A stretch of DNA of 64,000 nt from Thermoanaerobaculaceae bacterium (GCA_963754345.1 CAVWFZ010000002.1:13392-77391); one strand, 5' to 3'. Numbered from the stretch's first letter, positions 27,875 through 37,304 are shown. The notes: generated by a model not told the origin, from the letters alone. A program made the numbers and translations.

Positions 27875-28789
27875 ATGTGGCTTCTCCCCCGCCTTGTCGC
27901 GGCAGTCGCCGTAGGCGCCCTGGCGACCAACGCCTCTGCGGCCGGAGCAGCCGTTGCCGGCCGCCGGTTGTCAGATATCGAGATCCCACCGGGAACCTCG
28001 GTCGGTGCCAACGGGAAGGGTGAGATCGGGTTCCTCCTCGCCGAGGAACACCGTCTTTGTTGGTGGGCCCCCGATGGCGGGTTTCGCCGCTGTCTCGAGA
28101 TCCCCGGAGTCCGGCCGGCTCATGTGCCTCTTGCGCTTTGCGGACGGGCGAACAGGTTCTTGGCGTGTTTCGGGGACCGCTCTGGACCGCCCAAGCGATG
28201 CACCGTGGTGGACACGACGCGAGCAAGAATCGTTGGCGCCTTCGCTGTCGAGGATTGGCCCGGGCCCACCTTTGCAGGGGCCAACGGCTGGGTTGTAGCT
28301 CTGATCGCGCACGAGAAGGGGCCAGTGGGTTTTCGGGAACTCAGCGACGCTGGCCGGACCATCCGCGAGTTCCCCTTGCCCGCTACTTGGGAAGCGGCTG
28401 TACACGCCGCAGGGCCGGCATTCCCGTTGTGGTTCCCGCGCGTGTTCTCCATTGAGGGGGAACTCTGGGGCATACCTGCAGGGCACTATGGCTTTTGGAA
28501 GCTGAACGAACGGAGAGCAGGTGAGGTGAAGGTCCCACCGGGGCTGGCCGTGACCGACCATAACCTCGATGTCACTTCGTCTTCCCCTCTGGTGCAGGAA
28601 CGTCTGGCGGACATGCCGGCCGCAATGCGTGAGCGCACGCTTGGTGGCGGCAACACAGCTCCACGGCGGGGTTCAGCAGCCGTCCACATCAGTGCTATTC
28701 GCGACGTCGCTGCCTTTGGGAAAAGAGTAGGCGTACTCGCGGTGGTGGATCCAGAAGCTATGGACGGTGGCTGCAGACTAGATGTCTGA
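27875..28789 (+). CDS. Secreted hypothetical protein, paralog 1
   Basis: ATG at 27875 after GGAGGCGAAG, with a putative promoter TTGACG...TAGATT upstream. Signal peptide MWLLPRLVAAVAVGALATNASAAGA. Shares the motif ELWGIPAGHYGFWKL with the 29004 gene (EVWFIPNAKYELWRL). Confidence 0.5.
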   Translation: MWLLPRLVAAVAVGALATNASAAGAAVAGRRLSDIEIPPGTSVGANGKGEIGFLLAEEHRLCWWAPDGGFRRCLEIPGVRPAHVPLALCGRANRFLACFGDRSGPPKRCTVVDTTRARIVGAFAVEDWPGPTFAGANGWVVALIAHEKGPVGFRELSDAGRTIREFPLPATWEAAVHAAGPAFPLWFPRVFSIEGELWGIPAGHYGFWKLNERRAGEVKVPPGLAVTDHNLDVTSSSPLVQERLADMPAAMRERTLGGGNTAPRRGSAAVHISAIRDVAAFGKRVGVLAVVDPEAMDGGCRLDV

Positions 28790-29003
28790 CTACTACTACA
28801 CGCAGGACAGCGGGTACTGCATGATTCGCTCATGGACCTGCATCGGCGACGGCAGCGGAAGCAACGAGTACTGCTATTGAGACGTCTGGTCTGCGCCCGG
28901 CGGCGGTAATGGCCTGTGCGCCGACCGCCGCCGGGACCTGAATCCGCGGCCGCGCCATGGCAAGCCGTTGGATAATGACAGTACGGGCTGATTCTGACTG
29001 GAG

Positions 29004-30245
29004 TTGAACATGCGTTGGCTTCGGAGTGCCCAGTTGCTCATCTTCAGCGGCTTGGCCGTCATCATGATCTCTGGGCCAGCCACTGCCGAGGAAGACACCG
29101 CTCCCCTCGAGCGCGCCCACACTTCTAGCGCGTGGCTCGTGGCCCGGGACGGGCTCGGTAGGGTAGGAGTCTGGGACAAGGACACCGGGTGGGTGCGGGT
29201 TTGGAAGGCGGACGGGAGCCTCGCAGCGCAGTGCAGGGTGACCGACCTGCGCGTGGGGAACTTTCCGTCCCAACTCGCCATCCGTGGTGACAGGGCGTTG
29301 TTGAAGTCGAACGACCCGCCGCCCGGAGACCGCAAGAAGCAGCGTGCCCTCGTGGTAGACCTTGACTCGTGTGAGGTGCTCCACGATTTCACGCTGGGCG
29401 GTGTTGCGCTGTCCCTTGAACCCTCGGACTCGGCATGGCTGCTCGTCCTCAACGAGACGCTGCTGGTGTCCGACACGTACAAGCTGGTGGAGATCGATGA
29501 TGAGGGCGGCACGGTTCGGACCTTCGAGTATGACCAACCGGCCCGCCAGCTCGTGCGAGAGATGAAGCTGGATGACCTCAGCGGCCCGATGAACGGGCGA
29601 CTGGTGGCAGTCCGCCAGGAAGTCTGGTTCATTCCGAATGCAAAGTACGAGCTGTGGCGATTGCCCCAAAGGGGGCTTCCCCTGCGGCGAGTCGAGGTGC
29701 CGGAGTGCCTGGCGGCGAAGGGCCGGCGCATCACCGGAGACGAGAACGTCCGCCTCTATCAGGAGATGCTCAAGGACGAATCCGAAGCCAGTCGCAAGTT
29801 CTGGATGAAGGGAAAGATGCGCGATTCGTTCTGGCCCGCAGCCACGTCCGCGGCGGCGTATGAGCGTCTCCTCGCGGTGGCGGTCAGGGACGGCAAGCTC
29901 GGTGGTGAAGAGCGTTTGGACATCTGGGACATGACGACCGAGTCCCTGGTGGCAATCGCGAAGGTGCCGACAGGGACGTGGCTCGTTTCGCTCGGCCCCG
30001 ACCATGCCTGGCTGCTCCGCGGCGCGAAAACCTTCGAGAGGCTGGCGCTGCCAGACCTCACGGTGCCGCTGGACGATCCGTGCAAGACCTACGCGGCATT
30101 GGTCGAGAGCGCGAGCGACAAACCCAACTCCAAGACACCAATCGCGGTGGTCAAGGAGAACGGGACGGGAGCCTCAACCCAGCCGACACCGACGCCAGGA
30201 CCGCAAGCCCCATCCCATAATCTCGGCTTTCACATCTCACCATAA
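29004..30245 (+). CDS. Secreted hypothetical protein, paralog 2
   Basis: Signal peptide MRWLRSAQLLIFSGLAVIMISGPATA. Lower GC than the flanks. Similar motifs and order to the 27875 gene. The overlapping minus-strand ORF 28830-30005 is Arg/His/Pro-rich noise. Confidence 0.5.
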   Translation: MNMRWLRSAQLLIFSGLAVIMISGPATAEEDTAPLERAHTSSAWLVARDGLGRVGVWDKDTGWVRVWKADGSLAAQCRVTDLRVGNFPSQLAIRGDRALLKSNDPPPGDRKKQRALVVDLDSCEVLHDFTLGGVALSLEPSDSAWLLVLNETLLVSDTYKLVEIDDEGGTVRTFEYDQPARQLVREMKLDDLSGPMNGRLVAVRQEVWFIPNAKYELWRLPQRGLPLRRVEVPECLAAKGRRITGDENVRLYQEMLKDESEASRKFWMKGKMRDSFWPAATSAAAYERLLAVAVRDGKLGGEERLDIWDMTTESLVAIAKVPTGTWLVSLGPDHAWLLRGAKTFERLALPDLTVPLDDPCKTYAALVESASDKPNSKTPIAVVKENGTGASTQPTPTPGPQAPSHNLGFHISP

Positions 30246-30329
30246 ATATCGCGAGTGATTGCCGCCAGGTCACCAACTGGTAGTACGTCCCAGCATCGGG
30301 GACGCACCACGGAGGGAAACCATCGCAGC

Positions 30330-30495
30330 CCAAACCCCGCAACCCGCAGGCGGGCGATGCCGAGGGGTCCGCACGGTGAGCACGGCTGTTCCGCCGTACA
30401 CAGGGTCTCTCGCGCAGGCGTCGCGAGCGAAGCGAGCGCGCGAAGCCACCCCCGGGCAAACAAAAGAGGTGCCACGCAGCTGAAAAAAGATACCG
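30330..30495. repeat. Partial or degenerate copy of the dispersed repeat family (3' module)
   Basis: TCGCGCAGGCGTCGCGAGCGAAGCGAGCGCGCGAAGCCACCCCCGGGCAAACAAAAGAGGTGCCACGCAGCTGAAAAAAG aligns with 63290-63390 and with the 3' modules of copies A and B. Confidence 0.45.
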
Positions 30496-30644
30496 CTCCC
30501 AGCGCGCTGGGCAAAAGCGAGCCACGGAGTGGCAAAGTAAGCAAAATCCGGATCCAGAGGCGAAGAGCAAGCACCCAAAGACGTTGCGGATGGGGGACCG
30601 GAAACAGCTCTGGTGAACAAACCGGCTCCGGGAGAAGGCGTAGA

Positions 30645-31190
30645 ATGAAACGGGCGTTTCCGGCGAAAGGTGCAACCATGATCGTTTTCCTTACGCTCGC
30701 AGGCATCGGGCTCTTCTTGCTCCTCGTGTCCGCCTTCAGCGGGCACCACATGGACTTCCACTCCGACATCGACCACGGCGGCTTCGGCTTCCTCTCCGTG
30801 CGCGCCTTCGCGGCGTTCTTCACCGCCTTCGGAACGGTGGGCGCCATCGGGCGGCACTACGGGCTGACCACCGGCTGGAGCTCGGTGTGGGGGTTGGCCT
30901 CGGGGGTGGGCCTCGTCGGCCTGTACGTCGTTTCGATGGAGCTCGTCAAGTCGCAGCAGGCCAGCTCCCTGATCGCCGAGAACGAGCTGGTCGGCCTCAC
31001 CGCCCGGGTCACGGTGGCAATACCCGCCGACGGCATCGGCGAGGTGAGCTGCATCGTCAAGGCACAGACCGCGCGCCGCATGGCGCACAGCAGATCCGGG
31101 CAACCGATCGGCGAGGGCCATATGGTTCGCGTGATCGAGCTGCAAGGGGACGTCTGTCTGGTCGAGCCGTTAACGCAGTCGCAGGCGTAG
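30645..31190 (+). CDS. NfeD-family membrane protein (flotillin partner)
   Basis: Two N-terminal TM helices and a C-terminal OB-fold-like domain (GEVSCIVKAQTARRMAHSRSGQPIGEGHMVRVIELQGDVCLVEP). Located immediately upstream of flotillin. An alternative ATG lies at 30678. Confidence 0.7.
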   Translation: MKRAFPAKGATMIVFLTLAGIGLFLLLVSAFSGHHMDFHSDIDHGGFGFLSVRAFAAFFTAFGTVGAIGRHYGLTTGWSSVWGLASGVGLVGLYVVSMELVKSQQASSLIAENELVGLTARVTVAIPADGIGEVSCIVKAQTARRMAHSRSGQPIGEGHMVRVIELQGDVCLVEPLTQSQA

Positions 31191-31214
31191 TTTCTCAACC
31201 TTTCGGAGGTTGCC

Positions 31215-32786
31215 ATGCTCCCGTTCAGTCTTTCCCTCGTTCCGGTCCTTCTGGTCCTGGCCGCGCTGGTGGTCCTGGTCGTCTTCATGACCGCGGTGCG
31301 CAACTACATCAAGGTGCCGCCCAACAAGGTAGCGGTGTTCTTCGGGCGAAAGCACAGGACACCCGACGGGGCGACGGTCGGCTTCCGCCTGATCACCGGG
31401 GGCGCCTCGCTCAGGTGGCCGATCTTCGAGAGCGTCTCCTACCTCGACCTCAACATCTTCTCGATCGACCTGGACGTACGGGACGTGCCCAACAAGGACG
31501 GCGTGCTCGTTTCCGTTCAGGCTGTCGCCAACGTCAAGATCCGCAGCGACGAGGTGTCCCTGACCGCGGCGGCCGAGCGCTTCCTCAGCCGCAGCACCGA
31601 CGATATCAAGCAGATGGCCTACAAGAACCTCGAGGGCCACCTGCGCTCGATCGTCGGCCGCCTCACGGTCGAGGAGATCGTTCGCGACCGCGCCAAGTTC
31701 AACCAGGAGGTGCTCACCGAGGCGGCCGCCGACCTCGCCAAGATCGGGCTCGGCGTGGACGTGCTGACCATCCAGAAGGTCTCCGACGCCGAGGGCTATA
31801 TCGAGGCGCTGGGCAAGAAGCGCACCGCCGAGGTCAAGCGCGACGCCCAGATCGGTGAGGCCCTCGCCGCCCGCGAGGCCACGATTCAGTCCACCACCGC
31901 GCTGCGCGAGGGAAAGGAGACGGAGAACCAGAACCTCGCACTCGTGGCCCAGGCCGAGAAGGAGCGCGACGTTCGCAAGGCCCAGTACCAGGCCGAGGTG
32001 CAGGCGCAGCAGGCGCGCTCGCAGCAGGCCGGGCCGCTCTCCGAGGCCAAGGCCAGGCAGGAGGTGGTTGCCCAGGAGGTCCAGGTCGAGGTGATCCACA
32101 CGCTCAAGCAGACCGAGGTCGCCGAGGCCGCGGCCCTGCAGCGCGAGAAGGCCCTCCTCGCCGAGGTCGTCAAGCCCGCCGAGGCCCAGAAGGTCCAGAC
32201 CATCCTGCAGGCCGAGGCCGCCAAGCAACGCGAGATCCTCGAGGCCGAGGGCCACAGGACCGCGGTCGTCACCGTCGCCGACGCCGAGAAGCAGCGCCTT
32301 GCCCTCGAAGGCACGGGCGCCGCCGACGCCCTGCGGGCGAAGCTGCTCGCCGAGGCCGAGGGCAACAAAGCCAAGCTGCTCGCCGAGGCGGAAGGCAACA
32401 AGGCCAAGTTGCTCGCCGAGGCGGAAGGCATCAAGGCCAAGCTGCTCGCCGAGGCCGAGGGCGCCCTCAAGAAGGCGCAGGCGTTCGCGAAGATCGACGA
32501 GGGCGCCCGCACCATGCTCGTGCTCGAGCGCCTGCCCGACATGATCAAGGCGTTCGCGCCGGTGGCGGGGGCGGTGGCGGCGCCGATGGGCAACATCGAC
32601 AAGGTGATCATGATCGACGGCGGCGGCGAGGGCTCCTCGACCCTCAAGCGCTACGCCGACACCGTTCCCTCCACGATGTTCAGCGTGCTGCAGACCGCCC
32701 AGGCCCTCGGGCTCGACATCTCCGGCCTGCTGAAGAAGCTCGGGGTACAGGAGGTCAAAGAGGGCGGCGGCAAGGTGTCGGAGTAG
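31215..32786 (+). CDS. Flotillin-like SPFH/Band-7 protein
   Basis: N-terminal TM, an SPFH domain, then long Ala/Glu/Gln-rich coiled coil with KLLAEAEGNKA repeats. Typical FloT/YuaG architecture. Confidence 0.85.
   Translation: MLPFSLSLVPVLLVLAALVVLVVFMTAVRNYIKVPPNKVAVFFGRKHRTPDGATVGFRLITGGASLRWPIFESVSYLDLNIFSIDLDVRDVPNKDGVLVSVQAVANVKIRSDEVSLTAAAERFLSRSTDDIKQMAYKNLEGHLRSIVGRLTVEEIVRDRAKFNQEVLTEAAADLAKIGLGVDVLTIQKVSDAEGYIEALGKKRTAEVKRDAQIGEALAAREATIQSTTALREGKETENQNLALVAQAEKERDVRKAQYQAEVQAQQARSQQAGPLSEAKARQEVVAQEVQVEVIHTLKQTEVAEAAALQREKALLAEVVKPAEAQKVQTILQAEAAKQREILEAEGHRTAVVTVADAEKQRLALEGTGAADALRAKLLAEAEGNKAKLLAEAEGNKAKLLAEAEGIKAKLLAEAEGALKKAQAFAKIDEGARTMLVLERLPDMIKAFAPVAGAVAAPMGNIDKVIMIDGGGEGSSTLKRYADTVPSTMFSVLQTAQALGLDISGLLKKLGVQEVKEGGGKVSE
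32340..32465. repeat. About 3.8 tandem 33-bp coding repeats (KLLAEAEGNKA) inside flotillin
   Basis: Period-33 repetition of AAGCTGCTCGCCGAGGCCGAGGGCAACAAAGCC is visible directly. Confidence 0.8.
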
Positions 32787-32795
32787 GGGCCGCCC

Positions 32796-33287
32796 ATGTC
32801 CCAGCTCGCCTACACAAGCCAGAAGCCGTTCGAGGACAAGAGCAGCAACGTCCTCGTGGTCGCCTGCTCCGGCTACGCTTTTCTCCCTTTCGTGCGGGAG
32901 TTCCTCGACGCGCACCTCAAGCTGCCCGAGGGCTCCTACAACCTGATCGCGGTGCCCGGGGGCCCGCAGTTCCTGGCGCTCTCGGAGTACCTGCCGAAGT
33001 TCGCCTGGGTGGGGCAGAAGTGGATGACGTTCGCGATCGAGAAGCTGCAGGTCCGCAGGATCATCCTCGTCTGGCACCAGGAGTGCGTGTGGTACGGCGA
33101 CGAGCGCTTCGTCCCGGCGCTCCTGCACGCGCTCGGTCACGGCGAGCGGACGATGAAGGACCGCCAGCTCGAGGACCTGAGGCACGTCGTGGCCACGATG
33201 CGCGCCTCCGTGCCGGTGGCCTCCGTGGAGGCGTACTACATCGACAAGGGCGTCGACGGTCACCTGACCGTCAGCCGCGAGGCGTGA
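32796..33287 (+). CDS. Hypothetical protein (163 aa), co-oriented with flotillin
   Basis: Coding-like composition. Starts 10 nt after the flotillin stop. No family recognised. Confidence 0.45.
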   Translation: MSQLAYTSQKPFEDKSSNVLVVACSGYAFLPFVREFLDAHLKLPEGSYNLIAVPGGPQFLALSEYLPKFAWVGQKWMTFAIEKLQVRRIILVWHQECVWYGDERFVPALLHALGHGERTMKDRQLEDLRHVVATMRASVPVASVEAYYIDKGVDGHLTVSREA

Positions 33288-33398
33288 ACCCAGGTTTCGG
33301 GCTAAAACCAAGGCGCGTTCAGAAATGTGGGAAGTGCCCGCCGTGCGCGCGTTTCCGGAAGCGCTCCGGGACACACCCGGACGCGACGGAGGTGATCC

Positions 33399-34103
33399 GT
33401 GGAGGTAAACGGCAAGGCGCTATGGACGATCTCCTACGGTATGTACGTGGTCACCGCCCGCTCCGGCGGCAGGGCGAACGGACAGATCGCGAACGCCGTC
33501 TTCCAGGTCACCGCCGAACCCCCGAGGGTGGCCGTGGCGATCAACAAAGACAACTTCACCCACGGCCTGATCCGCGAAGGGGGCTGGTTCGCCTTCTCGG
33601 TGCTCGCCGAGAGCGTACCGGCGGAGATGATCGGCCTGTTCGGCTTCAAGTCGGGGCGGGACGTGGACAAGCTCGCCGAGGTCGGCTTCCGTGAGGGGCG
33701 ACACTGCCCGCTGGTGACCGATAACGCCCTCTCCGTGACCGAGGCCAGGGTCATCCAGGAGCTGGATGTGGGTTCGCACACCATGTTCGTCGGCGAAGTG
33801 GCGAGCGCGGAGTTCCTAAAAGACGGCACGCCCCTGACGTACGCGACCTACCACGCCCACAAGGGCCGTGCACCCAAGAACGCGCCCACCTACCAGCCCG
33901 AGCCTGCCCCGGCTCCGGCTGCCACGCCGGCGCCCGCCGTGGCCGCGTCCACGTGGACCTGCGGTGTGTGCGGCTACACCTACGACCCCGCGGTCGGGGA
34001 CCCGGCCAACGGCATCGCCCCGGGCACGCGGTTCGAGGACCTCCCCGACGACTGGGCCTGCCCCGCTTGCGGCGCCCCAAAGGACGCGTTCCTGGCCGAC
34101 TAA
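33399..34103 (+). CDS. Flavin reductase-like (FMN-binding split-barrel) domain fused to a C-terminal rubredoxin
   Basis: GTG start after GGAGGTG. N-terminal flavin reductase-like fold. C-terminal [12 protein letters not shown]...[15 protein letters not shown] gives the rubredoxin CxxCG...CPxCG ligands. Confidence 0.7.
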   Translation: MEVNGKALWTISYGMYVVTARSGGRANGQIANAVFQVTAEPPRVAVAINKDNFTHGLIREGGWFAFSVLAESVPAEMIGLFGFKSGRDVDKLAEVGFREGRHCPLVTDNALSVTEARVIQELDVGSHTMFVGEVASAEFLKDGTPLTYATYHAHKGRAPKNAPTYQPEPAPAPAATPAPAVAASTWTCGVCGYTYDPAVGDPANGIAPGTRFEDLPDDWACPACGAPKDAFLAD

Positions 34104-34147
34104 CTGTCGGCGCCGTTACCGAATTCGTCCGCGAAACAAGCTCCAGT

Positions 34148-34564
34148 CTACCGGCGCGCCGCTTGCTTCTGCTCGCCGGGCTTGTAGGGGCGCAGGCAAA
34201 AGGCGGACCAGGTGTCGTTCACCGAGATCAGGTTGACCCACTTCAGGTCTGCGCCGGCGAGCCCGTCCCACCCCTTGTCGCGCGTCAGGTCGGTCTGAAT
34301 CCCTGAGGTCCCCTTCGGGAACGAGATCCAGAGCAGCCCCTCGGCGCCGAGAGCCTTGACCACCCTCGGTGCGACGCTCTTCAGCTCCGCGCTCGTGCGC
34401 ACGAACGCCTGGACCCAGTCGAACGTCCCCTGCAGCTTCTCGGAGATCTCAACCCCGGCCGGCAGCGGCGCAAGCTCTTTGAGGTACCCGCCCGGCGCGC
34501 CTATCACCGCCGCGCGACTCCCCGCCTTCAGCTTCATCTTCCTCGCGAGTGCGCTTTCAGTCAT
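34148..34564 (-). CDS. DUF3052 domain protein
   Basis: MTESALARKMKLKAGSRAAVIGAPGGYLKEL matches the DUF3052 N-terminal consensus. Confidence 0.55.
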   Translation of the reverse strand: MTESALARKMKLKAGSRAAVIGAPGGYLKELAPLPAGVEISEKLQGTFDWVQAFVRTSAELKSVAPRVVKALGAEGLLWISFPKGTSGIQTDLTRDKGWDGLAGADLKWVNLISVNDTWSAFCLRPYKPGEQKQAARR

Positions 34565-34597
34565 CCCATCCCCCGTGCGTGAACGCCTGCTGCTGCG

Positions 34598-34804
34598 TCA
34601 CCTGGGCTTCTCCCCGGCGCACAGCAGCCAGATCGCCCAGGCGCAGTACGCCCCCGAAACCGGCAGTCCCACATACGACAACACGAATGGGATCGTCGTC
34701 GTTCCGACCACGATCGGCCAGTGGAAGATGAGCCTGAAGAGGTGAAGTACCGCAACGAGAAGAAAAACGGCTCCCGAAAGGATCAGGTACAGCTTCTTGG
34801 CCAT
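34598..34804 (-). CDS. Small two-TM membrane protein (hypothetical)
   Basis: 68 aa with two hydrophobic helices. Confidence 0.35.
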   Translation of the reverse strand: MAKKLYLILSGAVFLLVAVLHLFRLIFHWPIVVGTTTIPFVLSYVGLPVSGAYCAWAIWLLCAGEKPR

Positions 34805-34860
34805 ACGAACGCTCCCTTCAAACCGCCGAACGACGCGCCGGCGCCGCCCAGGGGCGAGTA

Positions 34861-34897
34861 GATCAGACGTCGCGGTAGCGGCGGAGCTGCTCGGCCA
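34861..34897. repeat. Orphan duplicate of the Lon-like gene's last 11 codons; the left member of a direct-repeat pair with 39121-39157
   Basis: ATCAGACGTCGCGGTAGCGGCGGAGCTGCTCGGCCA here versus ATCAAACCTCGCGGTAGCGGCGCAGCTGCTCGGCCA at 39121. The reverse complement encodes AEQLRRYRDV* versus AEQLRRYREV*. Similarity extends about 15 nt further upstream. Confidence 0.65.
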
Positions 34898-34943
34898 CCA
34901 CTTTCAGGCGACTTGGCCTGCCCAGGCACAGGTGGTCCCGTGA

Positions 34944-35804
34944 TCAACGCCTGAAGACGGTGTAGCCCGTCGAGGCCTGCCATTCCGAAACCGCTGAGTA
35001 GAGCCGCGTCTGGCGGAAGTACGCAAACTCGAACGCTAGACGCAGCGATTGTTCTACTCTCTCGGGCGTAACCGTTGCGGCCGAGTTAGTCCCGAGGGTC
35101 CGCCGAAGTCCAATAGCGAGAACGTTGGCGATGTCGTGGCCGCAGCAAATCTGCCACGGATCGTGATTCCATCCGACTTCCGCGCCCAACGCAGTGAGCA
35201 GGTCTCTGGTCTTCAGATCATGCCTCTGCGAGTGGTCCTTAACTTCAGCGACGAGGCGGCCTGTTTCGCAGCGGAGATACGGCCTGTCGAGGATGAACCG
35301 CGACAAGTGCAGTCCTTCAAATCTAAGCCGAAGATCGCCGCGGCGTGAGATATGCCTCAAGTGGCCTAGGGGGAGGGCGGCGAAGATGATCGCCTCGCGA
35401 TGGCTCTTTTGTGCCAGAACGGCGTGCACCTTGAGTTTCTCGACCGATCCCAACTCAGCGAGGACGCGGTCCAGCGCAGGCGACGCAACGATCATCGTTT
35501 CCAGGTCATGCGTGTCTGTGTGAAAGAGTGACGGGAGCGCGGGAATATCGTTGTCGACTACGGAAAAGTCTGCGTCGATGATGCCAAGGACACCTTCGAC
35601 ATTGGCGCGCGTGAGGATCGATAGAGCTCTGGTTAATACCTCCCGGTTGTGAGAAGGGAGCAGTACGCACTCACCCTCGACAGTGAAGGCACCCAAGCAC
35701 TTTGCGTCCGCAGGTCCCTCGACAAGGAGGATTGATCCAGCGTGAACATCGCGCAGCAAGCGCACCGTCGCCACGAGAGCGTCTGGCGAGACGCATTCGA
35801 TCAT
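34944..35804 (-). CDS. DUF4435 / OLD-family Toprim-like protein (AriB-like)
   Basis: Toprim-like Glu (LLVEGPAD) and DxD (GIIDADFS). The ATG overlaps the upstream ATPase stop as ATGA. Lower GC. Confidence 0.55.
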   Translation of the reverse strand: MIECVSPDALVATVRLLRDVHAGSILLVEGPADAKCLGAFTVEGECVLLPSHNREVLTRALSILTRANVEGVLGIIDADFSVVDNDIPALPSLFHTDTHDLETMIVASPALDRVLAELGSVEKLKVHAVLAQKSHREAIIFAALPLGHLRHISRRGDLRLRFEGLHLSRFILDRPYLRCETGRLVAEVKDHSQRHDLKTRDLLTALGAEVGWNHDPWQICCGHDIANVLAIGLRRTLGTNSAATVTPERVEQSLRLAFEFAYFRQTRLYSAVSEWQASTGYTVFRR

Positions 35805-37132
35805 GGGAGCTTTGGAGCCTCGAGCTTCGTAGTCAGATCCCAGCGGTCATTGATGATTTGCGGTGAGTGGGTGGCGATTAGAGCGTCGAACGGCGCCAAC
35901 TGGATAATGGCCGCCAGATCCTTGAGGAAACGCAACTGCCAGGCAACGTGCAGCGAGAGCTCGGGTTCGTCGATCAAGACAAGTGCGTCCCTTTGGAGCT
36001 TGAATAGCAGCTCGTATACAAGAATCAGCTCATGTTGCTCGCCGGAGGACAACGACGAGACGGGAATCGCCTCGTTCCTAGGGGTGCGAAACACGAAACC
36101 CTGCTCGCGGTCAATGCCCATCTCCTTGAAGAGAAAGTGCTGGTTGATGAGGTCCTTGAAGAGATCAATTTTTTGTGCAAGGTCCGAGTAGATCTCCAGC
36201 TTCTTCTCGACATCAGTAACCCAAAGGGATAGAACACTGGTTTCGTGATCACTAAGGTCCCCGTGGCGGACTTGGAATGCCGGTTCGGTCTGTGGATCCA
36301 GTAGGCCCGCGCCAATGAGGTGGGTCCGAGTAGTTTCGATTGATTCCATTCGAGACAGGAGTTCATCCTCGGTGAACAGCTGGCGACCGGTGACTTGGAC
36401 CAACCGCTGGGGGAAGGTGCGGTCCAACGCCTGAGATAGGGCCGCAGATTCAGCCAGCTTGCTCTTGATCGCGGACGCGAGATCTTGCGCGTATGCCTCA
36501 ACGGTGGCTGACCAAGTGGTGCGAGGTTGCTTGCGAGTGAAGGACTGCTCATCGGAAAAACGGAGTAAGCGTTGAGCTTCAATCAGACGCACGGATACCG
36601 ACTCTGTGTAGTGTGTAAGCCATTCTGGGGGCGACGATGCTTCTCGAAGAGATCTCGGCAGGGAGAGCTCGTCCGCATAGGTTCTGACCACGTCCGCCAA
36701 CTCGACGACCCGGCCTGTGCGCAAGTCTCTCCATAGCCGAGCTCCTACCCTCTCAAGATAAGGGATCTCATGCTCAATCAGGGACATCGGAAAGTGGCGC
36801 ACGAAGTCAGGGTCGAGTGGGGCATCCCTAAAGGTCTTGGGCCTGTCGCGAGGAGAGGTGAGCGTGTACTCGAGGAGGGTTATGTCTTCCTGCGGCAGTC
36901 GCTTGACCAAGAGCGATGATCGGTCAGCTAAGCCAATCTCGAGCGCTGAGAAAGGTGTTTTGCGGAGAATCTCGCGATTACGGTTGAATACGGCATCGAT
37001 TAGCCGCAGAACAGTTGTTTTGCCATAGCCATTGGGGCTGTGGATTATCGTCAGGCGCCGATCAGGATCTAGCTGTATGTCGTGGTCGAAGAGGTCAAAG
37101 AGACCCGTGACTGAGAAACGCGTGACTCTCAT
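35801..37132 (-). CDS. ABC-type ATPase of the AAA_15/AAA_21 family (AriA-like)
   Basis: Walker A SPNGYGKTT, ABC signature LSSGEQHELIL, Walker B LVLIDEPELSLH, H-loop IATHSPQI. ATG at 37132 after AGGAG. Confidence 0.65.
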   Translation of the reverse strand: MRVTRFSVTGLFDLFDHDIQLDPDRRLTIIHSPNGYGKTTVLRLIDAVFNRNREILRKTPFSALEIGLADRSSLLVKRLPQEDITLLEYTLTSPRDRPKTFRDAPLDPDFVRHFPMSLIEHEIPYLERVGARLWRDLRTGRVVELADVVRTYADELSLPRSLREASSPPEWLTHYTESVSVRLIEAQRLLRFSDEQSFTRKQPRTTWSATVEAYAQDLASAIKSKLAESAALSQALDRTFPQRLVQVTGRQLFTEDELLSRMESIETTRTHLIGAGLLDPQTEPAFQVRHGDLSDHETSVLSLWVTDVEKKLEIYSDLAQKIDLFKDLINQHFLFKEMGIDREQGFVFRTPRNEAIPVSSLSSGEQHELILVYELLFKLQRDALVLIDEPELSLHVAWQLRFLKDLAAIIQLAPFDALIATHSPQIINDRWDLTTKLEAPKLP

Positions 37133-37304
37133 GAGAGGCTCCTGTTCTGTGGCGCGGCTCTGGCAAACAGCCTAAGTCAATGCAATCGTATCCTCTTTAT
37201 AGCTGGTGCGAAAGCGCTGTCGCGCAGGGGACGCTTGGCGAACGACCGATCGGCGGTCTGCCGCTCATCTGGCTGTCCGAGCCAAAGCCAAGCTCACGGC
37301 GCCG

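Noticed and set aside
28830-30005. 391-aa minus-strand ORF overlapping the second secreted-protein gene
   Set aside because: Its composition is Arg/His/Pro-rich. The plus-strand frame has a signal peptide, a Shine-Dalgarno-compatible start and motif-level paralogy to the neighbouring gene.
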